Assembly: GCA_963716725.1 (NCBI GenBank)
Contig: CAVQUB010000026.1
Location: 1 to 35,488 of the forward strand
Direction: 5' to 3'
Length of the DNA stretch: 35,488 nucleotides
Source: an uncultured delta proteobacterium
GTDB taxonomy: Bacteria > Myxococcota_A > Polyangia > Polyangiales > Polyangiaceae
A program made the translations under genes and the position numbers. Position 1 is the first letter of the stretch, and every line of letters begins with the position of its first letter. Below the pieces are notes generated by a model. The model was not told where the DNA came from and did no database searches. It saw nothing but the letters and a program-made list of their open reading frames with translations. Positions 19,771-29,685 of the stretch are shown here, one piece after another.

Positions 19771-21566
19771 CCGCCCGCTTCGTCGTCGGCATCGATCTGG
19801 GAACGACGCACACGGCCATCGCGGCCATCGATCTCGGCGCCGTCGAGCCAGGCAGCACGGCCGAAGTTCTCGCGGTGCCGCAGTTGATCGCTGCGGGATC
19901 CCTGGAAGCGCGCCAGCTCTTGCCGTCGTTTCTGTACTTTGCCCACGAGAGCGAGGCGGCGCTGGCGCTGCCCTGGGATGCGTCGCGACGCTTTGCGGTC
20001 GGTGAGCACGCGCGCACGCGCGCCGCCGAGTCTCCCGCGCGGGTGGTCTCGAGCGCAAAGAGCTGGCTCTGTCACGACGGGGTCGACCGACGCGGATCCA
20101 TCTTGCCGCAGGGGGCTCCCGACGACATCGAGAAGATCTCACCGGTCGAGGTCTCGTTCCGCTATCTCGACCACCTGAGCGAGGCCTGGACGGCCGAGCA
20201 CGGTTTCCCCCTGGGTGAGCAAGAGATCATCCTGACGGTGCCCGCGTCTTTCGACGCGGCCGCCCGCGATCTGACGGTCGAGGCCGCCTACGCCGCCGGC
20301 CTCGAGAACGTGACCTTGCTCGAAGAACCGCAGGCCGCGCTCTACGCGTGGATAGCCGACGCGGGTGATGGCTGGCGCAACCACCTGGGCCCCGGCGACG
20401 TGGCGCTGGTCGTCGATGTCGGCGGCGGCACCACCGACTTTTCCGCCATCGAGGCCGTCGAACGCGACGGCGTGCTCGAGCTGACCCGCATCGCGGTGGG
20501 CGATCACATCTTGCTCGGCGGCGACAACATGGATCTCGCGCTCGCTCACCTGGTGGCGCAGAAGCTCCGCGATTCTGGCAAGGAGCTCGATCGCTGGCAG
20601 ACCGTCGCCCTCACCCACGGCTGCCGCGCCGCCAAAGAGCGACTGCTCGGCGATCCGAAGCTCGCGAGCGCACCCATCGCGCTGGCCTCGCGTGGCTCGT
20701 CGCTCTTCGGGAGCGCGCTGCGCAGTGAGCTCACCCAAGAAGAGGTGACGCGGGTCTTGGTGGACGGCTTCTTTCCAGTCGTTCCGCCCAGCGCGCGGCC
20801 CGCCGCCCGTGCCCGCGTCGGCCTCACGCAGATCGGACTGCCCTACGCCGCCGATCCGGCGGTCACCAAGCACCTGGCTGCCTTTCTCACCCGTCAGGCC
20901 CGGGCCGGTGCGCGCCACGGGTCGCTGCTGCATCCGAGCGCGGTGTTGTTCAACGGCGGAGTGGTGAAGGGCGATGCCCTGCGCGCCCGGCTGCTCGACG
21001 CGCTCACTCGCTGGCTGGAGGAGGACGGCGCGCCACCTCCGCGGGTGCTGCCGGGTGCCGATCCGGATCTGGCGGTGGCGCGAGGCGCGGCCCAGTACGG
21101 GCTCGTGCGCCGCGGCAAGGGCCTGCGCATCCGAGGCGGCACCGCCCGCGCGTACTACGTCGGCATCGAGAGCCCCGCGCCAGCGGTGCCCGGCGTCGAG
21201 CCACCGATCGTCGCGATGTGCGTGGCGCCCTTCGGAATGGAAGAAGGCACGCACGCGGATCTGCCGCCGCACGAGCTCGGGCTCGTGGTCGGTGAGCCGG
21301 TGCGCTTTCGCTTCTTCGGATCGAGCGTGCGCCGCGATGACCTCGCCGGCTCAGCGCTCGAGCAATGGCAACCGGGTGAGCTCGAGGAGCTCGCGCCGAT
21401 CGAGATCGAGCTGCCCGCCGAAGGGCGCCGCGACGGCGACGTGGTCCCGATCGAGCTGGCCGCGCAGATCACACCCGTCGGCACGCTGCTGCTCGAAGCG
21501 GTGCCGCGCGAGCCGCTCGTTGCCGACGAACGTTGGAAGATCGAGCTGGGCGTGCGGGCAGGCTAG
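19767..21566 (+). CDS. Atypical Hsp70-family protein (not DnaK)
   Basis: VGIDLGTTH, TVPASFD, LEEPQAA, DVGGGTTDF, LLGGDNMD, LFNGG and AVARGAA; no canonical DnaK substrate-binding domain or lid recognisable. Confidence 0.93.
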   Translation: MTARFVVGIDLGTTHTAIAAIDLGAVEPGSTAEVLAVPQLIAAGSLEARQLLPSFLYFAHESEAALALPWDASRRFAVGEHARTRAAESPARVVSSAKSWLCHDGVDRRGSILPQGAPDDIEKISPVEVSFRYLDHLSEAWTAEHGFPLGEQEIILTVPASFDAAARDLTVEAAYAAGLENVTLLEEPQAALYAWIADAGDGWRNHLGPGDVALVVDVGGGTTDFSAIEAVERDGVLELTRIAVGDHILLGGDNMDLALAHLVAQKLRDSGKELDRWQTVALTHGCRAAKERLLGDPKLASAPIALASRGSSLFGSALRSELTQEEVTRVLVDGFFPVVPPSARPAARARVGLTQIGLPYAADPAVTKHLAAFLTRQARAGARHGSLLHPSAVLFNGGVVKGDALRARLLDALTRWLEEDGAPPPRVLPGADPDLAVARGAAQYGLVRRGKGLRIRGGTARAYYVGIESPAPAVPGVEPPIVAMCVAPFGMEEGTHADLPPHELGLVVGEPVRFRFFGSSVRRDDLAGSALEQWQPGELEELAPIEIELPAEGRRDGDVVPIELAAQITPVGTLLLEAVPREPLVADERWKIELGVRAG

Positions 21567-21600
21567 AGATCCGCGCGGTCAGCCGCAGGCCGCGGCCTTG

Positions 21601-22100
21601 CTAGTCCACCACGATCGTCACCGAAACGACCACCCGGTGTGCCCAATGGGCAAGATCGACGGTGCAGCGCCGTGCCGTGAAGAATCCTCCGGAACAAGCG
21701 GGTTCGGGCCATCCTGTGGTGGAGCGCGTCGTCTCTTCGCGATTCAACTGTGTCGCGCGACACGTTCCGCTCCGGCTGTTGGTGTTGCACACCTCCATGG
21801 AGCCGCTGCACGAGGGAAAATCCGAAGTCCCGCGGCTGGCGACCGGCTTTTCGTTGAGCCCGCAGTATCCAACTCGAATCGCCGGGTATGAAGTCTCTTT
21901 GTAGAGCAGCTCCCACTTCGGAGCCGAGCCTTCCGCGCCGCCGCCGATGTAGAGATGGTTTGCCAGTACATCGGCGACCGCAACTTTCTCCGCCATCTCG
22001 AGCCTGAGAAAAATCACCCCTCCGGCGACCGCCACCGCGCCGACTCCGCCGGCAATCAGCGTGCGGCTCACTTGGGGACCGGGCCGAATCGGAGCTTCAT
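21601..22100 (-). CDS. Hypothetical exported/membrane-anchored Cys-containing protein; start either GTG 22071 or ATG 22100 with a frameshift
   Basis: Hydrophobic TLIAGGVGAVAVAGGVIFL then a Cys-containing domain; visibly more A/T-ending codons than neighbouring genes; TACTAT 7 nt before ATG 22100. Confidence 0.5.
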
Positions 22101-22150
22101 GGCCCTGATAGTAGCGCAGTTTACGCGCCGGGCGTGAGGGAGGCCTGGGC

Positions 22151-22474
22151 GCCGGAACGCGCTGCGACGTGGTCGATGTCGCTGTGGACGCCAAACGCCA
22201 CGCCGGAACGCGCTGCGACGTGGTCGATGTCGCTGTGGACGCCAAACGCCACGCCGGAGCCTGTTGCGACGTGGTCGATGTCGCTGTGGACGCCAAACGC
22301 CACGCCGGAACGCGCTGCGACGTGGTCGATGTCGCTGTGGACGCCAAACGCCACGCCGGAGCCTGTTGCGACGTGGTCGATGTCGCTGTGGACGCCAAAC
22401 GCCACGCCGGAGCCTGTTGCGACGTGGTCGATGTCGCTGTGGACGCCAAACGCCACGCCGGAACGCGCTGCGAC
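22151..22474. repeat. Intergenic 51-bp tandem repeat array B (6 full copies plus a partial; two unit variants)
   Basis: Unit gccgga(acgcgc|gcctgt)tgcgacgtggtcgatgtcgctgtggacgccaaacgccac starting at 22151, 22202, 22253, 22304, 22355, 22406 and 22457. Confidence 0.97.
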
Positions 22475-22502
22475 CGACGTCGGGCGCACAGGGGAAGCCC
22501 GC

Positions 22503-24215
22503 CTACCGCCCCAGCTCGCTGCCCCAGGGCTGGGCGGCGATCAGCGCGTCTGCGTCGGCACGCATGCGCGAATCAAGACGGGCGCGGCCAGCGTCGATCA
22601 GCGCGGCGGCGAACATGGTCGAGCTCGAGAAGCGCCGCTCCCGATCCTTGGCGAGCACGAGAGCAAGCACGCGCTCCACGTCCTCGCCCAGGTGAGGCGC
22701 CAGATCGAGGGGGCGGGCGGGCTGGAGGTGGACCACGTTGTAGACCGTGATCATGCTGTCGGGCCCGGTGAAGGCGGGGCGTCCCGTCAAGCAGCGATAG
22801 GCGATGACGCCGAGTGAGAAGACGTCGCTGCGATGATCGACGTCGAGGCCGCGGGCCTGCTCGGGCGACATGTAGCTGGGCGTGCCGATGATCGCGCCTT
22901 GGGTGAGCTGGCTGGTCAGCTCGCGCATCTTCGAGACGCCGAAGTCGAGCACCTTCCAGGTGCGGCGGGGCGAGTCGTCGACCGCGAACAAGTTCTGCGG
23001 CTTGATGTCGCGATGCACGATGCCCGCGCGATCGGCCGCTGCCAGCGCGTCGCCGACCTGCGACACGAGCTCGGTCACCTCGGGCAACTCGAGGCGCTTG
23101 GCCTCGCGGAGGCGGTCGGCGAGGTCCATGCCGCGCAGCAGCTCCATGGCGATGAATGGCGAGCCGTCGTCTGCGCGTCCCGAGCCGAGCATCTGCACCA
23201 CGTGGGGCGACTTCAGCGTCGACGCCACCTGCGCTTCGCGGAAGAAGCGCTCCAGCATCTCCGCGTCGCCCACCACCGCGGGGTTCAAGAACTTCAGCGC
23301 GACAGGCCGGCGGGCGGTGCCCTGCTCGGCGCGGTAGACCTCGCCCATGGCGCCGCGACCGATGATCTCGCCGACCGCATAGTCACCGACGATACGATCG
23401 CTGAAGCGGCCGAGGTTCGCGCCCCGCGCCGCGTCGAGATCGGCGCGGGCTTCGTTCAAGAGCGCCTCGCGCTGGCGGATCTGGAGCGCGGCCTGTTCGA
23501 GGCGCTCGAAGGCCTCGCGGGTGGCCTTGCGGCTGCGCCGCGCCATGCCAAAGGTGAGCCCCAGGAACATCTCGGCGATCACGGTCAGCGCCACCAGCCC
23601 CCGCAGGTCGGGGCTTTCGATGCCCACGATGGCGCGGTCGAGGGGGATGACGCCGCTGATGCCGAGGGCTGCGAGCAGCGCGTAACCGCCCGCCAGCACC
23701 AGGTAGACCATCCACGCCGCGAGCTTCGAGTCGCTCAGTGCAAAGAAGTACACGCCGACGCAGCCGCCCATGATGGTGGGAGAGAAGATCCCGACGTAGA
23801 GCGCCGCCGTGAGCACTGATCCGACACAGAACATCGCGTGCACGAGCGCGAGTCCCGACTCGTAACGGTCCGGATCGCGGAAGCGCACCAGCAGCCAGAG
23901 CGTGAGGGCTAGCGTCGCCGCGAAGACGATGGCCGCCAGGCCGCGGAACGGAGCCACCTTGGCTGGTACCAGCAGCGCCACGATGCCGACCGCCGACAGC
24001 GGCGCGACGAGGCGCAGGAGCGCGCGGGTTCGCGTCGCCTCCTCTCGGGTCAAGATCAGGGTGGCTTCGGCCGTGCGCAGGGAGCCGCCGCTGGTGGTTG
24101 GCGCGAGCTCCGGGGTCGTGGCACTGGCGGAAGCTCCCGGCGAAATCGACACCGTCGCTGCGGCGTCGGCGTCGGCGGCCCGGTCCCGCAGCGTGGGGTC
24201 GCTCTCGCCAGCCAT
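22503..24215 (-). CDS. Hanks-type Ser/Thr protein kinase with N-terminal multi-TM domain
   Basis: About 6 TM helices and a coiled coil, then IGRGAMGEVY, VALK, HRDIKPQN, DFG and GTPSYMSPEQ. Confidence 0.93.
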   Translation of the reverse strand: MAGESDPTLRDRAADADAAATVSISPGASASATTPELAPTTSGGSLRTAEATLILTREEATRTRALLRLVAPLSAVGIVALLVPAKVAPFRGLAAIVFAATLALTLWLLVRFRDPDRYESGLALVHAMFCVGSVLTAALYVGIFSPTIMGGCVGVYFFALSDSKLAAWMVYLVLAGGYALLAALGISGVIPLDRAIVGIESPDLRGLVALTVIAEMFLGLTFGMARRSRKATREAFERLEQAALQIRQREALLNEARADLDAARGANLGRFSDRIVGDYAVGEIIGRGAMGEVYRAEQGTARRPVALKFLNPAVVGDAEMLERFFREAQVASTLKSPHVVQMLGSGRADDGSPFIAMELLRGMDLADRLREAKRLELPEVTELVSQVGDALAAADRAGIVHRDIKPQNLFAVDDSPRRTWKVLDFGVSKMRELTSQLTQGAIIGTPSYMSPEQARGLDVDHRSDVFSLGVIAYRCLTGRPAFTGPDSMITVYNVVHLQPARPLDLAPHLGEDVERVLALVLAKDRERRFSSSTMFAAALIDAGRARLDSRMRADADALIAAQPWGSELGR

Positions 24216-24285
24216 GGTTGGGCGGCGAGCATACACCCGATTGTCGTTGACGCTCCGGGCGCGCGCCGCACAGATCCGCGTCGCC

Positions 24286-25277
24286 ATGGACTACCGCTTC
24301 TTGGGCCGGACAGGCGTGCGCGTCTCGCGATTGGTGTTCGGAACGATGTCGTTCGGGACCGACGCGGACGAGGCGACCAGCGCCGCTCTCTTTCTCGCTG
24401 CCGCGATCAGGGCATCAACTTCTTCGACTGCGCCGACGTCTACGCGAAAGGACGCTCGGAAGAGATCCTGGGCAAGCTCATGGCGAGCTGTCGCGACGAG
24501 CTCGTGATCTCGACCAAAGCCTACTTTCCGACGGGTGACGATCCCAATGCGCGGGGCTCGTCGCGCTTGCACCTGGTGCGCGCGGTCGAGGCCAGTCTGC
24601 GTCGCCTCGGGACCGACCGCATCGACGTGTTCTTCTTGCACCGCTTCGACGACCGGACGGCCGTCGACGAGACGCTGTCGGCTCTGGACACGCTGGTCCA
24701 GCAAGGCAAGATCCTCTACCCCGCGGTCAGCAACTTTTCGGCCTGGCAGACCGCCAAGATGCTCGGCGTCGCAGCGCAGCGCGGCCTGTCGCCCATCGTC
24801 GCTTTGCAGCCCATGTACAACCTGCTCAAGCGGCAGGCCGAGGTGGAGATCCTGCCCCACGCGATCAGCGAGGGGCTCGGCGTCTTGACCTACAGCCCCC
24901 TCGGGGGCGGACTCTTGAGCGGCAAGTACGGGGTGAAGAAGGCGCCGGCGAGCGGACGCATGGTCGACAACGCGATGTACAAGACGCGCTACGGCGCGCC
25001 GTCCACTTTCGAGATCGCGGATGCGTTCACGAGCCTGGCGGCCTCGCTCGGGCATCACCCCGCGACCCTGGCCATCGCGTGGGTGGCGTCGCAGTCGGGC
25101 GTCACTGCCCCGTTGATCGGGGCGCGCAACCTGGAGCAGCTCGAGCCGTGTTTGGCGGCGGCAGATCTGGTGCTCGACGACGAGACGCGCGCGCAGGTGA
25201 GCGCGCTGTCGCCCGAGCCCCCGCCCGCGACTGATCGCAACGAGGAGAAGTCCGCGCACAACTACGGCAGCCGCTGA
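24286..25277 (+). CDS. Aldo/keto reductase (frameshift near 24395)
   Basis: MDYRFLGRTGVRVSRLVFGTMSFG, GINFFDCADVY, ISTK, SLRRLGTDRIDVFFLH, VSNF, QPMYNLL, YSPLGGGLLSGKY and IGARNLEQL. Confidence 0.93.
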
Positions 25278-28004
25278 TGGGCGGACTGGTCGTCGGCATC
25301 GATCTGGGCACGACTCACGCGGTCGTGTCCTGGGCGACCTGTGAGGCAGGCGCCGAGGCGCAGGTCTTTCCAATCCCGCAGCTCGTGTCGCTGGGCGAGA
25401 CCGAAGAGCGACCCCTGCTGCCCTCGTTCCTGTACGCGCCGCTGCCCGGCGAGACCCCGAGTGATCCCTTCGGCGATGCTCCCTGGGCCATCGGAGAGGT
25501 CGCTCGTCGGCGCGGACGCGAGGTCCCGGGACGCGTCGTCTCGTCGGCCAAGAGTTGGCTTTGTCACGCAGCCGTCGATCGCACGGCGGCTATCCTGCCG
25601 TGGGGAGCCGCCGACGGCGACGCCGATCTGCCGCGCGTCTCCCCGGTCGAGGCTTGCTCGCGGGTCTTGTCGCATCTGCGACGAGCGTGGGACGAAGCTC
25701 ACCCAGGCCACCCACTGCGCGAGCAAGAGGTCGTGCTCACGGTCCCGGCTTCTTTCGATCAGACCGCGAGATTGCTCACCGTGCAGGCGGCGCGCGACGC
25801 TGGCCTTTCGGCACGTCTGCTCGAGGAGCCGCAAGCGGCTTTCTACGACGCCATGGCCCACCTCGGGCTCGAGCGATTCGAAAAGCTTCTTGCCGATCGT
25901 GAGTCGGCCGTCGTGCTCGTCTGCGACGTCGGTGGTGGCACCACCGATCTCACGCTGATCCGCCTGAGTCGCGACGTGGCACAGACCTTGTGTCTCGACC
26001 GCATCGCGGTCGGGCGTCACCTCTTGCTCGGCGGCGACAACATGGACCTCGCGCTGGCGCATCTGTGCGAGGCGCGCTGGGTCGCGCCGCCGGCCCGACT
26101 CGACGCGCGTCGCTTCGGCCAGCTCGTGCTGGCCTGCCGCGCCGCCAAGGAGCAGCTGCTCGGGGAAGATCGCAGCTGACTCTGCCCCCATCGCCCTGGC
26201 ATCGACAGGTTCGGCCCTGATCGGCAGCACGCTGCGCACCGAGCTCGAACGCGACCTGGTCAACCAGGTCGTGCTCGAGGGCTTCTTCCCGCCCTGCCAG
26301 CTCGGTGACGGGCCCAAGCGCGGACGATCGGGCCTGGTGGCCTTCGGGCTTCCTTACGAGCACGACGCAGCGATCACGCGACACGTCGCGACCTTCGTGC
26401 ACAGCCACACCGACCAGCCACTCGCGGCGGTGTTGCTCAACGGTGGCGTGTTTCGTTCCCCTCGCCTTGCCCAGCGCCTGCTCGAGCTCGTCGGCTCATG
26501 GAGCGAAGCACCTTGCGAACGCCTTCCGGAGCGCGATCCCGATCTAGCGGTCGCGCGCGGGGCCGTGGCCTACGGCCTCGCGCTGGCGGGGCATGGGTTG
26601 GTGATCGGCGGCGGCGCCGCCCAGGGCTTCTATATCGGCATCGAGGGCGGCACCGAGAAGCGAGCCGTATGCGTCGTGCCGCGCGGTGCGCGCGAGGGCG
26701 AACGGCACATCGCCGCGGGCAGGCCCCTCGCGCTGCGGGTGGGTCGCCCGGTGCGCTTCGAGCTCTACGCGTCGGATCGCGCGACCCACGCGCCGGGAGA
26801 AATCGTCGACGTCGAGGCTTCAGCGTTGGTGCCGCTCGCGCCGGTCGCCTCCACCTTCGAAGCCAGCGAGAGCACGGAAGACGTATTGGTCGCCTTGGTC
26901 GGAGAGCTGTCTCCCGTCGGGACGCTGGAGCTCGCTTGCATCGAGACCGAACCCGTCGATCCCAAGCAGCCACGGCGCTTCGGTCTCGCCTTCCAGCTCC
27001 GCGCGGGTGACGACGAATGCGCACGGCCATCGCGTCGCCCGGGAGCGAGCGTGCGACCCGCGAGCCCGCGTTTCGACGAGGCGCGCGTCGCCATCGAGCG
27101 AGTCTTTGGCAAGGCTGCGTCGGACGTGAAGGAGCGTGAGGTCAAAGATCTCTGGCGCGAGCTGACTCGCGTCTTGGGCGAACGCCAGACCTGGAGCGGC
27201 GAGCTCTGCCGTGCGCTCTTCGACGTGCTGGCACCCCAGGCGAAAGCCCGGCGACGCTCGCTGGATCACGAGCGCGTGTTTTGGATGCTCGCGGGCTATT
27301 GCCTCCGACCCGGCTACGGTCACCCCGCTGATCCTGGCCGCGTTCGCTTGCTCTCGCCGTTCTTCGAACAGGGGCTGGTCTTTCAAGACGAAACCCGCGG
27401 CTGGCAACAGTTCTGGATCGCGTGGCGCCGCGTCGCCGGAGGCCTGGCCGAGGATCTGCAAACGCACATCCGCGACCGCGTCGATCCCTTCTTGGCGCCT
27501 TCGGGGCAGGCGGGCAAGAAGCCCAAGGGCATGAAGCCGCAGGCGCTCGACGAGATGCTCGAGCTCGCCTCGGCGCTCGAACGTGTCGCGCCGGACCGCA
27601 GAGCCAGGCTCGGCGGGTGGCTGATCGAGCGCACCTGGACCGAACAGAACCCCCGCCTGTGGGCCGCCATCGGCCGCCTGGGCTCCCGCGCTCCGGCTTA
27701 CGCGAGCGTGCACCACGTGGTGTCCGTCCGTATTGCCGAGGGCTGGCTCGACCACCTGCTGCGTGAGAAGTGGGGCAATCTGGCCACCGCGCCTCGAGCG
27801 GCGATGCTGCTGGCCCGGGCCACCGGCGACCGGACCCGGGATGTGTCAGGAGAGTTGCGGCAGAAGACCGCGCTGGCCCTCGAGGCCGCCCACGCCGACC
27901 CCCAGTGGGCGCTCGCCGTCCGTGAAGAGCAGCCCATCGAAGACCGGGAGCGAGCGGAGTTCTTCGGCGACGAGATCCCGGCAGGCTTGCGATTGGTCGA
28001 CTGA
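25277..28004 (+). CDS. Second atypical Hsp70-family protein with long C-terminal DUF3731-like domain (frameshift near 26171)
   Basis: Same ATPase motifs as 19767..21566; removing one base at ~26171 restores SAPIALASTGSALIGSTLRTEL, which matches the paralog; Trp-rich tail HERVFWMLAGYCLRPGYG...WIAWRRVAGGL...LWAAIGRLGSR. Confidence 0.9.
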
Positions 28005-28128
28005 TCTGGGCCGCCGCGGACGCAATCGCCAACAGGCGCCGAGGTGAGTGAATCACCTACCTCGCCCGCGGCGAGGCGAGATGCGACACTCGGAGTTGGG
28101 GGCCGGCTTTCCAACCTGATCACCCACC

Positions 28129-29646
28129 ATGAACCGACGCGCTCTCTTCCTTGGTCTCGCGTTCGCTGCACTTGCCTGCTCGTCACACGATCTCGAGAGG
28201 TCCGCCCCGGGCTCGACCTCCGACGAGATTGTGGGCGGAGTCGATGACACGACGCACCCGGCTGTAGTGCTGTTGAACAACCCGAGCGGGAACTGCACCG
28301 CCTCGCTCATCGCGCCGAACCTGGTGCTCACGGCGCGTCATTGCGTCGCCCAGAACGTGACCCAGGGCATCGGCTGCGACATCAACGGCAAGTCGACCAA
28401 TGGTGATCACGTCGGCAACAACTACGCGGCGAGCAGCATGAAGGTGTTCACGGGCCAGGTTCCGAACTGGAACTCTCCGGCCGCCACGGGCACTCAGCTC
28501 TTCACGGTCAACAGCAAGAACCTCTGCAACAACGACATCGCGCTCCTGGTGCTGAACAAGGCCGTGACCTCGGCCCCGCCGCTGAAGATCCGACGCGACG
28601 CGCCGCCCATCATCGGCGAGCTCGTCACGGCCGTGGGCTACGGCTCCATCAACGACAACCAGCAGGGCTCCGGGAAGCGCCGCATGCGCGCCAACGTGAA
28701 GGTGCTCAGCGCCGGCAAGGACTGGAACCAGCTGATCGGCGACGCAGAGATCGCGACCACGCAGGCGGTGTGCTCCGGCGACTCCGGGGGGCCAATTTTG
28801 TCAGCCGGCGGTGCCGTCATCGGTATCGCGTCGCGCGTCTCGAAGTGCACGGATCCGAACGCCAGCGCCCGCTACGTGCGGCTCGACTCCCACAAGGATC
28901 TGATCAACCAGGCCTTCGCCGCGGCGAGCGCCTCTCCGACCCTCGAGACGGGTACGGGCAGCAACCCGGCGCCCAAGTCCGTCGGGCAGAGCCCGTGCGC
29001 GACCGGCGCCGAGTGCTCCTCGTTCCTGTGCAGCCCCGGCGGCTACTGCACCGACTTCTGTAACGCGGTCTCGTGTCCGACCGGCATGCTCTGCCAAGAC
29101 ACGACGTTCCCGTTCTTCACGCAGCCGGTGAAGACCTGCGCGCCGCTCGGCGGCACCACGGCTTGCGAGACGTGCCGCAACACCGAGTGTCCCACCGTCG
29201 CTTCGGAGTGCCTGGGCAACCCCGACTGCAAGGCCGTCATCACCTGCGCGGACGCCTGCACTGACGCCTCCTGCATCGAAGCCTGTAAGTCCAAGAACTC
29301 CGAGGGGGCGGCCGCCTACGACTCGCTCGCTTACTGCGCCTGCAATACTTCCTGCGCGACCGCCTGCGCGAATCTCTGCGTGACCGGCGCCGGAGGCGCC
29401 GGCGGGGCTGCGGGCGCGGGCGGAGGCGCCGGCGCTGGTGGAGCGGGCGCAGCCGGCGGCGGGGCGGCCGGTGGGAGCGGCGGCGCGGGCCTCGGCGGTT
29501 CCGGCGCGGGCAGCGGCGGCAACCCCCAGCCCGCGGAGGACTCGGGCAGCTCCGGTGGCTGTTCTACCTCGTCGAGCTCGCGTGGCGCGGGCGCTTGGCT
29601 GGCGCTCGCGCTCTTGGGCCTCGCATTCGCCCGCCGTCGTTACTGA
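28129..29646 (+). CDS. Trypsin-like (S1) serine protease with lipoprotein signal, Cys-rich region and MYXO-CTERM-like tail
   Basis: ALAC lipobox; IVGG; LTARHC, NDIALL and GDSGGP triad motifs; C-terminus GGCSTSSSSRGAGAWLALALLGLAFARRRY. Confidence 0.93.
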   Translation: MNRRALFLGLAFAALACSSHDLERSAPGSTSDEIVGGVDDTTHPAVVLLNNPSGNCTASLIAPNLVLTARHCVAQNVTQGIGCDINGKSTNGDHVGNNYAASSMKVFTGQVPNWNSPAATGTQLFTVNSKNLCNNDIALLVLNKAVTSAPPLKIRRDAPPIIGELVTAVGYGSINDNQQGSGKRRMRANVKVLSAGKDWNQLIGDAEIATTQAVCSGDSGGPILSAGGAVIGIASRVSKCTDPNASARYVRLDSHKDLINQAFAAASASPTLETGTGSNPAPKSVGQSPCATGAECSSFLCSPGGYCTDFCNAVSCPTGMLCQDTTFPFFTQPVKTCAPLGGTTACETCRNTECPTVASECLGNPDCKAVITCADACTDASCIEACKSKNSEGAAAYDSLAYCACNTSCATACANLCVTGAGGAGGAAGAGGGAGAGGAGAAGGGAAGGSGGAGLGGSGAGSGGNPQPAEDSGSSGGCSTSSSSRGAGAWLALALLGLAFARRRY

Positions 29647-29685
29647 CCCTTCCGTACCGGCGCCCGAGCTGGCACCCTCGAAGGC

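Noticed and set aside
22151..22474. Array B (and A) as a CRISPR array
   Set aside because: Units are contiguous with no unique spacers, only two alternating 6-nt variants, and no cas genes are in the window
25277..28004. Hsp70 #2 as two separate genes (25277..26179 and 26271..28004)
   Set aside because: Homology to Hsp70 #1 continues straight across the break once one base at ~26171 is removed
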